Shown here piece by piece: positions 38,690 to 50,407 of a stretch of DNA of 64,000 nt. Position numbers and translations under genes: made by a program. Within the stretch, counting starts at the first letter, position 1. Every line of letters begins with the position of its first letter. The notes beneath the pieces are model-generated. The model was not told the origin of the DNA and made no database searches. It saw only the letters and a list, made by a program, of their open reading frames with translations. Origin of the DNA: Chiloscyllium plagiosum (Eukaryota); contig NC_057718.1 of the NCBI RefSeq assembly GCF_004010195.1, forward strand, positions 27,401,088-27,465,087, in the 5' to 3' direction.

Positions 38690-41600
38690 TAAAAAATATT
38701 TTTACAGAAAAATAGATTTTTGAATATTACAACAAATACAAAACAATACAATTCAAAACAATACAATGAAAAAACACCAAAAAAATGTCAAAAACCCAAA
38801 CTGCCCTCATGTAAAATGTATAAATAAATATAAAAATATATTTTAAAAATCCAATTAACTACTTAATGAAATAAATAATAACTAACAACAAACTAATAAA
38901 TAATAACTCAGCTCAGCCAAACAAAACACTCATATCTTCACAGTTCCCCCTCTCTGGATATTGGACTCGTAAAGCACAATCATTACAGCTATATAAAAAC
39001 CCTTATTAGTATGGCACACATATCTGGATATTTGTGTCCAAAAGGGCTGTCATGTCTTATAGACATTCTCAGTTTTGTGGCGTACCATACTTGTAAGAAA
39101 ATCCAAGGGGTTATGCTCCATAACAATCTTACGCCAACCCGACAGGCCCGGGGGATTTTCAGACACCCAACCTAACAAGATATTTTCTTGCACAGAAAAT
39201 GAGAATGTTGAAAAGTTTTTTCTTATGTGCATGCCAACAAGAAGAGAGATCAGGTCCTTCCCCACTCTTCCACCCAAAATCCCCTCCATTGCACCCACCA
39301 CAGCACTCCAGTATGTTTCAAGCCTACCAAAGGACTAGAGACAATGGGTTGGAGTGTTTGTACCAACTTTATACTTGGGACATGTTGAATATACCGCTCG
39401 TTTAAATTTTGACAAACAAGCCATGGACCCTGTGGAGAAGCACCAACTGTAAAGCATGGGTCCTATTGCAAATTTATATCTTTCTTGCATTTTTCGAAAT
39501 AGTTCTGTCTCACACCCTGCAAAGTCAATCAAACTCATCTGAGAGGCCGCGTCGTCCAACTGATGAAATAAAGTGCTGACAGAAAGTGTACTCTTAGCAC
39601 TGAGTACCCTCCTCTCTATGTCAGATTTGTAGGGATCAGTCAAATGTGTAGTCTTTTTTTGAATAAAATCCCTAACTTGAAAAAAAACAGAGGAGGTCCC
39701 TGCTAGGTATTTCCGTGCTAACTGATCAAAAGACATTGTTGTGTCTCCCTCAAATAAATCACCCATGCAAGACACACCCCTAGCCGCCCAATGTTTGAAT
39801 CTATCTGAATCTATCATCCCCGGTTGAAAACTCCACATACCCACTATAGGTCTAAGAAAAGATGTTTTGCCAATATTGCCATCTCTCTGTCAAATTGCCC
39901 TCCATGCTTTAACAGTGGGTTATGGCAATATTCCTTAACTGTCCTCACTTTGTCCAAAAACAGCAAACTAGTAAGGGGGCACTTTGCCTGAGAGGTTTCA
40001 ATATTGAAAAAGGGTCCCCACAAGCCCAATCACTCACCTAAGAAAAAGCGAGCTTAGTTGATAGTTTTTAATGTCCAGGATATCCCCACCCTCCCCCAGT
40101 CTGTGAGGCAATTGCAGTTTAGCTAATTTTATAAGGGGCCACTTACGATGCCAAATAAAAGAGTTGAACCAATCGTTCAGTCTCCTGAAGGTTTGTTTAT
40201 CGAAAATCAGGGGGCGTATCCATTTAGGGTACAACAAACCGGGGAGAATATTCGTCTTAATAACAGCTATCCGACCTAACCATGAGACTGGAAGCGCCTC
40301 CCATCTTTGAAGGTCTTGTTTGATTTTGTTGAATAATTGAACAAAATTAGCTTTAAACAACTGATCAAAAAGAGGAGTGATGAGTATGCCCAAATACATA
40401 AAAACTCCCCGTGACCACTTAAATGGGAATCGAGATTTGCCCTCAAGACCTAGCACCTTCATAACTGCAAAATTAATCTTGTACCCAGAAAAGGTGCTAA
40501 GTGAGCTGATGCATTGTATCAGGAAAGGCACCAAAACTGCTGGACTTGACAAAAAAATGAGTACAATGAAATCTTATGTAATTTTGACCCCACTTCTGGA
40601 GCCGATATATTGGGATCCCTATGAATGCCCTCTGCCAACGGTTCAATCACTAATGTAAAAAGCAATGGCAAAAGGGGACAGCCCTGTCGGCTGCCCCTAA
40701 AAATGTTAAAATTGATTGATCATACCCCACTGGTGATGACTGCAGCGAGAGGGTCACTGGAGAGAACCTTTACCCTTCTTATAAAGGCTTTGCCAAGCCA
40801 AATCGCTCGAGAATATAAAAAAGGTACAGCCATTCAACTTGGTCAAATGCCTTCTCTGAATCTAGAGAAATCATCAATCCCTGTATTGACTGTTGCTGAC
40901 ATGCTTGAATTACATTAAGTAACCTCCTAACATTATTGGAGGATCTACGGCCCTTTATGAAACCCATCTAATCCTCTTTAACAATGGAACGTAACGCAGT
41001 TTCCAGCCTTAACGCAAGAGTCTGAGGGAGGATTGTAAAGTCAACATTTAAGAGTGAAATGGGCCTGTAAGAAGCACAGTCCTTTGGGACCTTCCCTTTT
41101 TTAAGAATAAGTGGCCTCTCTTCAAGATGACGGGAGATGATCATAAGTCATTGAACATGTTGAGCATCAGGCCTGACAATCTGTCCAAGAAGGATGGATT
41201 GCACCTAAGTTGGAAGGGGACTAATATACCGGCATGGAAATTTGCTAGAACTGCTTGGGAGGATTTAAACTAGTAAAGTGGGGGGTGGGTGGGGAACTAG
41301 GGAGATAGTAAGGAAAGAGATCAGTTTGAGACTGGTACAGTTGAGATAAGAAGCGACTCAAACAGTCAGGGTAGGCAGGGACAGGGTAGGACTAATAAAT
41401 TAAACTGCATTTATTTCAATACAAGGGGCCTAACAGGGAAGACAGATGAACTCAGGTATGGTTAGGAACATGGGACTGGGATGTATAGCAATTACAGAAA
41501 TATGGCTCAGGGATGGGCAGGACTGGCAGCTTAATATTCCAGGATATAAATGCTACAGGAAAGACAGAAAGGGAGGCAAGAGAAGAGGTGGAGAGGCATT

Positions 41601-44600
41601 TTTGATAAGGGATAGCATTACAGCTGTACTGAGGGAGGATATTCCTGGAAATACATTCAGGGAAGTTATTTGGGTGGAACTGAGAAATAAGAAAGGGATG
41701 ATCACCTTATTGGAATTGTATTATACACCCCCTAATAATCAGAGGTAAATTGAGAAAACAAACTTGTAAGGAGATCTCAGCTATCTGTAAGAATAATAGG
41801 GTGGTTATGGTAGGGGATTTTAACTTTCCAAACATAGACTGGGACTGCCATAGTGTTAAGGGTTTAGATGGACAGGAATTTGTTAAGTGTATACAAGACA
41901 ATTTTCTGATTCAGTATGTGGATGTACCAACTAGAGAAGGTGCAAACCTGACCTATTCTTGGGAAAAAAGGCAGGGCAGGTGACTGAGGGGTCAGTGGGG
42001 GAGCACGTTGGGGCCAGCGACCATAATTCTATTAGATTTAAAATAGTGATGGAAAACAATAGACCAGATCTAAAAGTTGGAGTTCTAAATTGGAGAAAGG
42101 CCAATTTTGACGGTATTAGGCAAGAACTTTCGAAAGCTGATTGGGGGCAGATGTTCACAGGTAAAGGGATGGCTGGAAAATGGGAAGCCTTCAGAAATGA
42201 GATAATGAGAATCCAGAGAAAGTATATTCCTGTTAGGGTGAAAGGAAAGGCTGGTAGGTATAGGGAATGCTGGATGACTAAAGAGATTGAGGGTTTGGTT
42301 AAGAAAAAGGAAGCATATGTTAGGTATAGACTGGATAGATCGAGCGAATCCTTAGAAGAGTATAAAGGCAGTAGGAGTATACTTAAGAGGGAAACCAGGA
42401 GGGCAAAAAGGGGACATGAGATAGCTTTAGCAAATAGAATTAAGAAGAATCCAAAGAGTTTTTTACAAATACGTTAAGGACAAAAGGGTAACTAGGGAGA
42501 GAATAGGGCCCCTTCAAAGATCAGCAAGATGGCCTTGGTGTGGAGCCGCAGAAAATGGGGGAGATACTAAACGAGTATTTTGCATCAGTGTTTACTGTGG
42601 AAAAGGATATGGAAGATATAGAATGTAGGGAAATAGAGAGTGACACCTTGAAAAATGTCCATATTACAGAGGAGGAAGTGCTAGATGTCTTGAAATGCAT
42701 AAAGGTGGATAAATCCCCAGGACCTGATCAGGTGTGCCCTAGAACTCTGTGGGTAGCTAGAGAAGTGATTGCTGGACCTCTTGCTGAGATTTTTGTATCG
42801 ATAGTCACAGATGAGGTGCCGGAAGACTGGAGGTTGGCTAACGTGGTGCCACTGTTTAAAAAAGGTGTTAAAGACAAGCCAGGGAACTATAGACCAGTGA
42901 GCCTGACATCAGTGGTGGGCAAGTTGTTGGAGGGAATCCTGAGGGACAGGATGTACATGTATTTGGAAAGGCAAGGACTGATTCAGGATAGTCAACATGG
43001 CTTTGTGCGTGGGAAATCATGTCGCACAAACTTGATTGAGTTTTATGAAGAATAACAAAGAAGATTGATGAGGGCAGAGCGGTAGATGTGATCTATGTGG
43101 ACTTCAGTACGGCGTTCAACAAGGTTCCCCATGGGAGACTGGTTATCAAGATTAGAGCTCACAGAATACAGGGATACAGAACTGGCTCAAAGGCAGAAGA
43201 CAGAGAGTGATGGAGGGTTATTTTTCAGACTGGAGGCCTGTGACCAGTGGAGTGCCACAAGGATCGGTGCTGGATCCTCTACTTTTTGTCATTTATATAA
43301 ATGATTTAGATGACAGCTTAAGAGGAATAATTAGTAAGTTTGCAGATGACACCAAAATTGGAGGTGTAGTGGACAGCGAAGAAGGTTACCTCAGATTACA
43401 ACAGGATCTCGATCAGATGGGCCAATGAACTGAGAAGTGGCAGATGGAGTTTAATTCAGATAAATGCAAGGTACTGAATTTGGAAACACAAATCTTAGCA
43501 GGACTTATACACTTAATGGTAAGGTCCTAGGGAGTGGTGCTGAATAAAGAGACCTTGGAGTGCAGGTGCATAACTCCTTGAAAGTGGAGTCGCAGGTAGA
43601 TAGGATAGTGAAGAAGGCGTTTGGTATGCTTTCCTTTATCAGTCAGCGTACTGAGTACAGGAGTTGGGAGGTCATGTTGCGGCTGTACAGGACATTGGAT
43701 AGGCCACTGTTGGCATATTGTATGCAGTTCTGGTCTCCTTCCTATCGGAAAGATGTTGTGAAACTTTAAATGGTTCAGAAAAGATTTACAAAGTTATTGC
43801 CAGGGTTGGAGGATTTGAGCTATAGGGAGAGAATGAACGGGCTGGGGCTGTTTTCCCTGGTGCGTCGGAGGCTGAGGGGTGACCTTATAGAGGGTTACAA
43901 AATTATGAGGGGCATGGATAGGATAAATTGACAAAGTCTTTTCCCTGGGGTTGGGGAGTCCAGAACTGGAGGGCATAGGTTTAGGGTGAGAGGGGAAAGA
44001 TATAAAAGAGACCTAAGGGGCAACTTTTTCACACAGACGGTAGTACGTGTGTGGAATGAGCTGCCAGAGGAAGTGGTGGAGGCTGGTACACTTGCAACAT
44101 TTAAAAGGCATTCGGATGGGTACATGGATAGGAAGGGTTTGGAGGGATATGTGACAGGTGCTGGCAGGTGGGACTAGATTGGGTTGGGATATCTGGTCGG
44201 CATGGACGGGTTGGACAGAAGGGTCTGTTTCCATGCTGTACATCTCTGCGACTCCATGACTCTGTATGCTTATAAATTCCCTATAGAATTTGCTGAGAAG
44301 TCCATCAGGACTGGGCGCCTTTCCACTCTGAAACAGCTTCACAGCCTCCTGCACCTCTTGCTCTGATAAGGGGGCATTGAGAAAAGATTCTTGTTTGGGG
44401 GTCACGCGCGGGAGCTCCAGATCATGAAAAAGGACTCCATTTTGGCCTCACCCTCCTCACAATCCTCAGATTGGCATAATACAGAGTTAAATCTCTGGAA
44501 TGCCGCATTAATCTTTGTGGAATCATGTTAGCCTCCCAGACCCTTCCCTAGCTGACCCAATGGCTCGAGGGGCACTCCTTTTCCTGGCGAGATATGCTAG

Positions 44601-45296
44601 GTACTTGCTCATTTTGTTACCATGCTCATATAGCCTTTGTTTTGCAAAAATAAGCTCCTTCTTTGCTGTCTGTGAGAGCACAGAATTCAATGCAGACTGC
44701 AGCGCCATAATCCTCTGTAGCTTGGCCAACGAGGGCCTGTCAAACTAAGCCTTCTCTGCTGCCTTCAACCGTGCTTAGAGGAGATGTTGCTATTCACCCT
44801 TCTGCCGATTCCTACTGGCAGATAGGAAATAACTAACCCCTTGGCATAGGCTTTGGCATTTTCCCAAAGGACAGATGGGCTACGAACTGAGCCTGAATTA
44901 ATATCAAGGAATGCCCTAAATTCCTTAGAAAAGTACTCAACTAACCTATTCTCCTTAAGGATAAAGGGATCCATTTGCCAGTGCCTCGGGGCCCAATATA
45001 GCGGCCTTAATCTTAACCAACAGGTACACTGGAGCGTGTTCAGAGATGGTAATATTACCAATTGTATAAGATGCTACCAAGTCCAGGGTTGCCATGGAGG
45101 TCAGAAAAATAAAAATCAGTCCTGGTGTGACATCTGCGTGGATTGGAAAACGTAAAATCATCACCTGTAGGGTGGAGACGTCTCCAGATATCCACCAACC
45201 CTAACTCCACACATAGATCCACTCATTGTTTAGTTTGTACAGAGGGCATCAGGTGGCCTTTGGGTAACCTGTCTACTGTGTGATCCATTAGACACT
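38690..45296 (-). mobile_element. L1/Tx1-type LINE ORF2 (decayed), split by a CR1 insertion
   Basis: Minus-strand pieces: LVDIWRRLHP and ISEHAPV (EN), [55 protein letters not shown]; many stops and frameshifts. Confidence 0.9.
41181..44263 (+). mobile_element. near-full-length CR1 LINE (ORF1 end, APE-EN plus RT ORF2, 3' tail), inactivated
   Basis: DGLHL, IAITEIWL, VGDFNFP, SDHN, KSPGPD, GNYRPVSLTS, QHGF, SGVPQGSVL, KFADDTK; tail ...ctgcgactccatgactct. Confidence 0.95.
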
Positions 45297-46102
45297 GGAT
45301 GTAGGCTTGCTCGCTGAGCTGGAATGTTCATTTCCAGACATTTTGTCACCCTACTTGGTAACATCTTCAGTGGGCCTCCGGGCAAAGCACTGCTGATAAT
45401 TCCTGCTTTATATTTATATGTTTGGGTTTCTTTGGGTTGGTGATGTCATGTCTTGTTCTTTTGCTCAGGGGTTGGTAGATGGGGTCTAACTTGATGTGTT
45501 GTTGATAGAGCTCCGGTCGGAATGCCATGCTTCTAGGAATTCTTGGGAGTGTCTTTGTTTGGCTTGTCCTAGGATGGAGGTGTTGCCCCAGTGGAAGTGG
45601 TGTCCTTCCTTATCTATATGTAAGTATACTAGTGAGACAGGGTCATGTCATTTTGTGGCTACTTGATGTTCATGTATCCTTGTGGCCAGTTTTCTGCCTG
45701 TTTGTCCAATGTAGTGTTTGTTACAGTTCTTGCATAGTATTTGGTAAATGACATTAGTTTTGCTTGTTGTCTGTATAGGGTCTTTCAAGGTCATTAGCTG
45801 CTGTTTTAGTGTGTTGGTGGGTTCGTGGGCTACCATGATGCCAAGGGGTCTGAGTAGTCTAGCAGTCATTTCTGAGATGTCTTTGATGTAGGGGAGAGTG
45901 GTTAGGGTTTCTGGATGTGTTTTGTCTGCTTGTTTGGGTTTATTGCTGAGAAATCGGAGGACTGTGTTCATTGGGTACATGATGCAGCTTCGTCCCAATC
46001 ATCCCAACATCCACAAACGAAGATGCATTGGAACATTATTTCAACGAGCCAAAACACACTGTAACACAGGAATTACGCAGAGCAGAGAAAAATCACCTAC
46101 AC
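45297..46102 (-). mobile_element. Penelope-like element 3' part (GIY-YIG endonuclease plus pLTR with HHR) with 5' inversion
   Basis: ORF 45648-45998 NVIYQILCKNCNKHYIGQTGRKLATRIHEH; degenerate HHR CCA-CTGAAGA-TGTTACC...GGTGAC-AAAAT-GTC-TGG on the minus strand at about 45337-45374; inverted RT-thumb piece at about 45995-46102. Confidence 0.9.
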
Positions 46103-49016
46103 CATCGAACGAACCAGTCCTTACTTGATAGGACTAGACTTAAACTGCGTAGGAAACTTTCCCAAACACAACCTAGGAAACACTTGCCCTTTGCTGCACT
46201 TTACATTATCAGTGTCCTAGTTTGTATTTCGCTAATTTAAGTCCCCCTTTGTAGCTATTCTATAAGGTTGGCATTTCTCAGAAATTTCCCTACAGGATTT
46301 GTTCCTGTACATCCTTTCCACAAGTCAGTAGTCTATAGACTACACTGAAAGAAAAATGCAATTAACTTTTTTTTTTAATTCCTTAGCTCTAACCAAATTG
46401 CCTGTGACATCATGTCTCCAGAACTGCATTGTCCTCATTAACCAATATTGCTATTCCTTCTGCTTTTGTTCCTTTATTAAAAATCTTTAATGAATAACTA
46501 ATACACTGGAATATTTAACTTCCATTCTTAACCTTCCTTGAGCCAGGTCTTGCCACAATATCATATTTCCACATGCTAATTTGCATCTGTAACTCCCCAA
46601 CCTTATTTACCATACTCCATGCATTTACATGTATGCACGTTAACTGTGTTTTGGACTTCACTTCTTTCTCTCTCACTTCTCACTAATTAAACTATTTTCT
46701 ATGTTACTGCCAGCTGCATCCCAGAGTATTTTGTGAACCCTGGTACTCTCCTCTATTATTCTCTCTTGATTCCCAGTCACTTTATCTAACTCAGGTGAAG
46801 TCTCCTTCATTTTGAGTGGTTAACTCTGTTACTTAAGATGTTTCCGCAGGAAAGCTAACAGGATAGATGAGTGCCTGCTGTAAAAAGGGAAATGTGGACA
46901 TAGCCTTCGTCAGAGCCTGTTATCAATGACGTTCATCCACTACTTGGTGCAGCTCAATGTCACTTTATTGCATAGATTCAAGTGGCTATGTTATTTATAC
47001 TGCAATTCGTGGTTTAGGGAAGAGTGAACTGAACAATTCTGCAACCTATGGCTCTAAAGATTGACTAGAAAAAGGAACAAAAGAAATAATCTAACTTTAA
47101 CTTAAATTGACCAAAGAACAAAAGTACAATATTAACAAGCGTCAGCCAAGATCAAAGAATAGGTGAAAGATCTTTCCCAATGTAGTTGATGTAACATGAC
47201 TTGCCAACTTCTATGCTCAACGCCCTGACCAATGAAGCAAGCATGCCATATGCCTTCTTTACCACCTTATTCACTTGAGTTGCCATTTTCAGGGAGCTAT
47301 ACATTTAAACTCCAAGATCCCTCTCTACAGCAATGCTTTTTAAGAGTCCTGTCATTGACTGTATAAGGATATGTGGAATTAACTGCCTTAAAAATTAGAC
47401 TTGAATAAAAAAGCTACAAGATTATCTGGTTAAGAATAGAATTAAACTATAAATATACATTATGAGCTGTACAGAACATTATGGCTCCAGCACTGCTAGC
47501 TGTAATGTCAGACAGATTGATTCACTGAAATTCACAAGATTATTCAGCAGGTTAGTGACAAATTTCAGAACATTTTCTTCTTGGATGTTTTATCCATTGT
47601 TAATCATCTCCTTCAGCAGACTGAATAAATTGGATCAAGCCAATAACAGTACAAATGGTACATGGTCTCCAAGAACTGGATCAAATTAAATGTCCAAAAC
47701 CAAACAGTCAATACTTATGGACAAGATGTTATGATTACTTTGGGCTGGAATTGACCTATCCCAACAATAGAGCCAAGGGTGTTAATCCACACCACTGCCC
47801 AGCCTGTTTGTCTTTACTCAAAATTAAGCAGATAAGAAATGCAATACCACAACTCAAAACAAATTTCATTCATAAGTTTAGTCAGGAGATTTTCTGTATT
47901 TATTAGACTCGTTACAATGGATATTGAATACATCGCTCACTAAAATGGAACAAAAATACATAACATATTCTCCAATGAGTTTCTTTAGGATGATTTACAA
48001 ATGATTCTCAACTAATACAGCAAAATAAAAAAATGAAAACATTAATATCTGTGAACTTGGGAAAAAAGACAAACCATGGGATTTTATATACAATTTATAT
48101 GCATGCATCCCAACTCAAATTATATTTTAAACTTTTATTTGAGCTACTGTTTGTTTTAAATTTAAGAGAAAATATGCAACCATATTCTAAGATTTTACGA
48201 ACTATATATGTCCCAGCATTACAAAGCAATAATGTGCGGTGCTTTGGAACAATGGAACCTTGAGTCACACCATATCAGCAAGATACCAATCTTTGCCATA
48301 TTGTGAAAATACTTAGAATAGACAACCGCAAATAAAACTGAAAAAATAAAGGGAAAACATACTTTAACTGTTAGCTTCCATCTTTTTTGCAGCCAACTCA
48401 GGCATTAACTTGTGCCTTTCTGTCTGCAAGAGTGGACAAGTGAAAATAGCTAATTTGAAAAAGTAGGGTTTCCACCCTTAGAAATATCAAATATTCACAG
48501 ACACTCAAAATGAAATTTCCTAGAAACTTTAACTGTTTGCAAAAAAGCATTACATGTAAAAGTTTCAATGAACATTTACATATTTAGTGAGGAAACCTCC
48601 TTGATGGGTTGTGGATTTCCTTCTAAAACAGTATACCATATGGAAAAATAAATTGGTTTCAGATGTATGGCAAAAAGAATATTACTGTGAGTGGCTGTTG
48701 TACATGGGACAGTAGAACTGGTCTGAAAAAAAGTACATTCTTGCTAGTTATCTCCAAATATGCAAGGAACAGAGCCCCACACTATGTTCCCTTTATGCAT
48801 TTTCTTTCCATTATTAAAATACCAATTTATTGGGTATAATCAGTATTTAGTGTTACATAACGGTTGTTCATCTGGTAAAAATAGACCATTAAGTAATTAC
48901 TCAAGAGTTTTCTGCCCAATCTGAACAAAAACTTTATATAGTAGGCAACATTTTTCCACTTGTGCTTGTGTGCAGTTTCATTTTGCTTCTTTATGAGTTA
49001 CGTTTTGCATAATAAT

Positions 49017-49022
49017 TTTATT
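49017..49022 (-). promoter_or_regulatory. candidate polyadenylation signal (AATAAA) of GTF2A1L
   Basis: TTTATT on the + strand about 310 nt downstream of the stop; another occurs at 48826-48831; usage unknown. Confidence 0.3.
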
Positions 49023-49157
49023 TTTCAAAATAGAATTAAAGTTTCCTGCAATAAACTATATTTAGCCATGTAATTAGTAACTTTACTCCATTTCAAGTTT
49101 TTTAAGTATCATTATTAGTCAGTTCAATACCTTTTGAAAGAACTTACATCATAACAG

Positions 49158-49196
49158 ATCCTGATGAATTATATCATAAGTACGTGAAACGTCGAT
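49158..49196 (+). ncRNA. orphan minimal hammerhead ribozyme motif
   Basis: ATC-CTGATGA-(18 nt)-GAAAC-GTC-GAT: intact core and 3-bp stem I, weak stem II. Confidence 0.5.
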
Positions 49197-49335
49197 GAAA
49201 ACAAAGCATAACTTGTACCAACATTTGTTATGAATTAGTTCTTGGGCACAGTGAGAAGCCATCAATCCACACAAATCATTTGAAAACGTTTCATATAACG
49301 GATTAGGTCACTTGTTTAAGTTAGCGTTTTCACTT

Positions 49336-49443
49336 CTACCATTCTGCGTCCCCGACAGCTTTAGAGAACACATAATCCCGCCCATTGAAGGTCATTATTC
49401 CATCTTTAAGATAAAATTTCCACTTGTTTTTACTTCTGTGAAT
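49336..49443 (-). CDS. GTF2A1L: TFIIA alpha/beta-like factor (ALF), last coding exon
   Basis: Minus strand ttttctttttgtattag|ATT...TGG TAG; IHRSKNKWKFYLKDGIMTFNGRDYVFSKAVGDAEW*, the TFIIA large-subunit C-terminus with ALF-type KFYL and DYVF. Confidence 0.95.
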   Translation of the reverse strand: MHRSKNKWKFYLKDGIMTFNGRDYVFSKAVGDAEW

Positions 49444-50407
49444 CTAATACAAAAAGAAAACACTCACACCATTGTAGTCAAATACAGTGCATCATATCAA
49501 TGATGCCAATGATCACTTCCATAAAACTGTCTATCAGCATAAAAAGGTAAACTGAATAACAATGCCAGATTCATATAGGGACCATTGGAAGATAGGAATA
49601 ACATAATAAGTTGGAAGAACAAACTGCCTTGGAACAAATTTTTTAAAATCTGACAATACACAGAACTCCATGAAAATATGAATTGGAAAAGACAAGCTAA
49701 CATCACAGGAATGGATCTTTTATCAAAATCCAGTGTTCTGACAAAGGATTGACAACTGAGCAATTTACATTGCAATTAAAGTCAGTAAGAAGGAACAAAC
49801 TGACAGTTACATACAATTGTTCACACCTCCATCCTGTGTCAAAATGACTTCATTTTGTTGGAAGTCAATTCTGTTGGTAACGATAGCAACAAATTAATGT
49901 ATAACAACATTTCACAAACAGCAATGACCAGCTATTCTGTTTTCAAGGTGGTGCAATTAATATTGGTTGTGCCAGAAAAATACCCTTTTATCCTCAGTAT
50001 CTTTTACATCCACGTAAACAGGCAGATGAGGCCTTAGTTTAGTTTCTCATTAACAACCCAGAATTTCTAGCAACGGAATAATGAAGCATCAGGACAGAAA
50101 ATACAATCCAATACTCAAAGTGAAATCAGTATTTCCTAACCAAGACAAGTACTAACACTGAACCAAGCAGTAGGATTCACTCCAACTATTTCAACCCAAT
50201 CAATTTTGATGAACTTAAGCAAGCCAATTATGGCAGGTTCTCAATTCAGTCTTACTGGTTGAAATCATGTAACTGTAGGAACTCTGAAAAATCACACTGC
50301 TAGCTTTACATATTTATGGTTATATTTTCCAATGAAGAGGGGTAATTTAATCTTCAAATACAATCTCAGAAATTTGCAGCACAGAAGAAGGCTATTTGGT
50401 TCATCAT

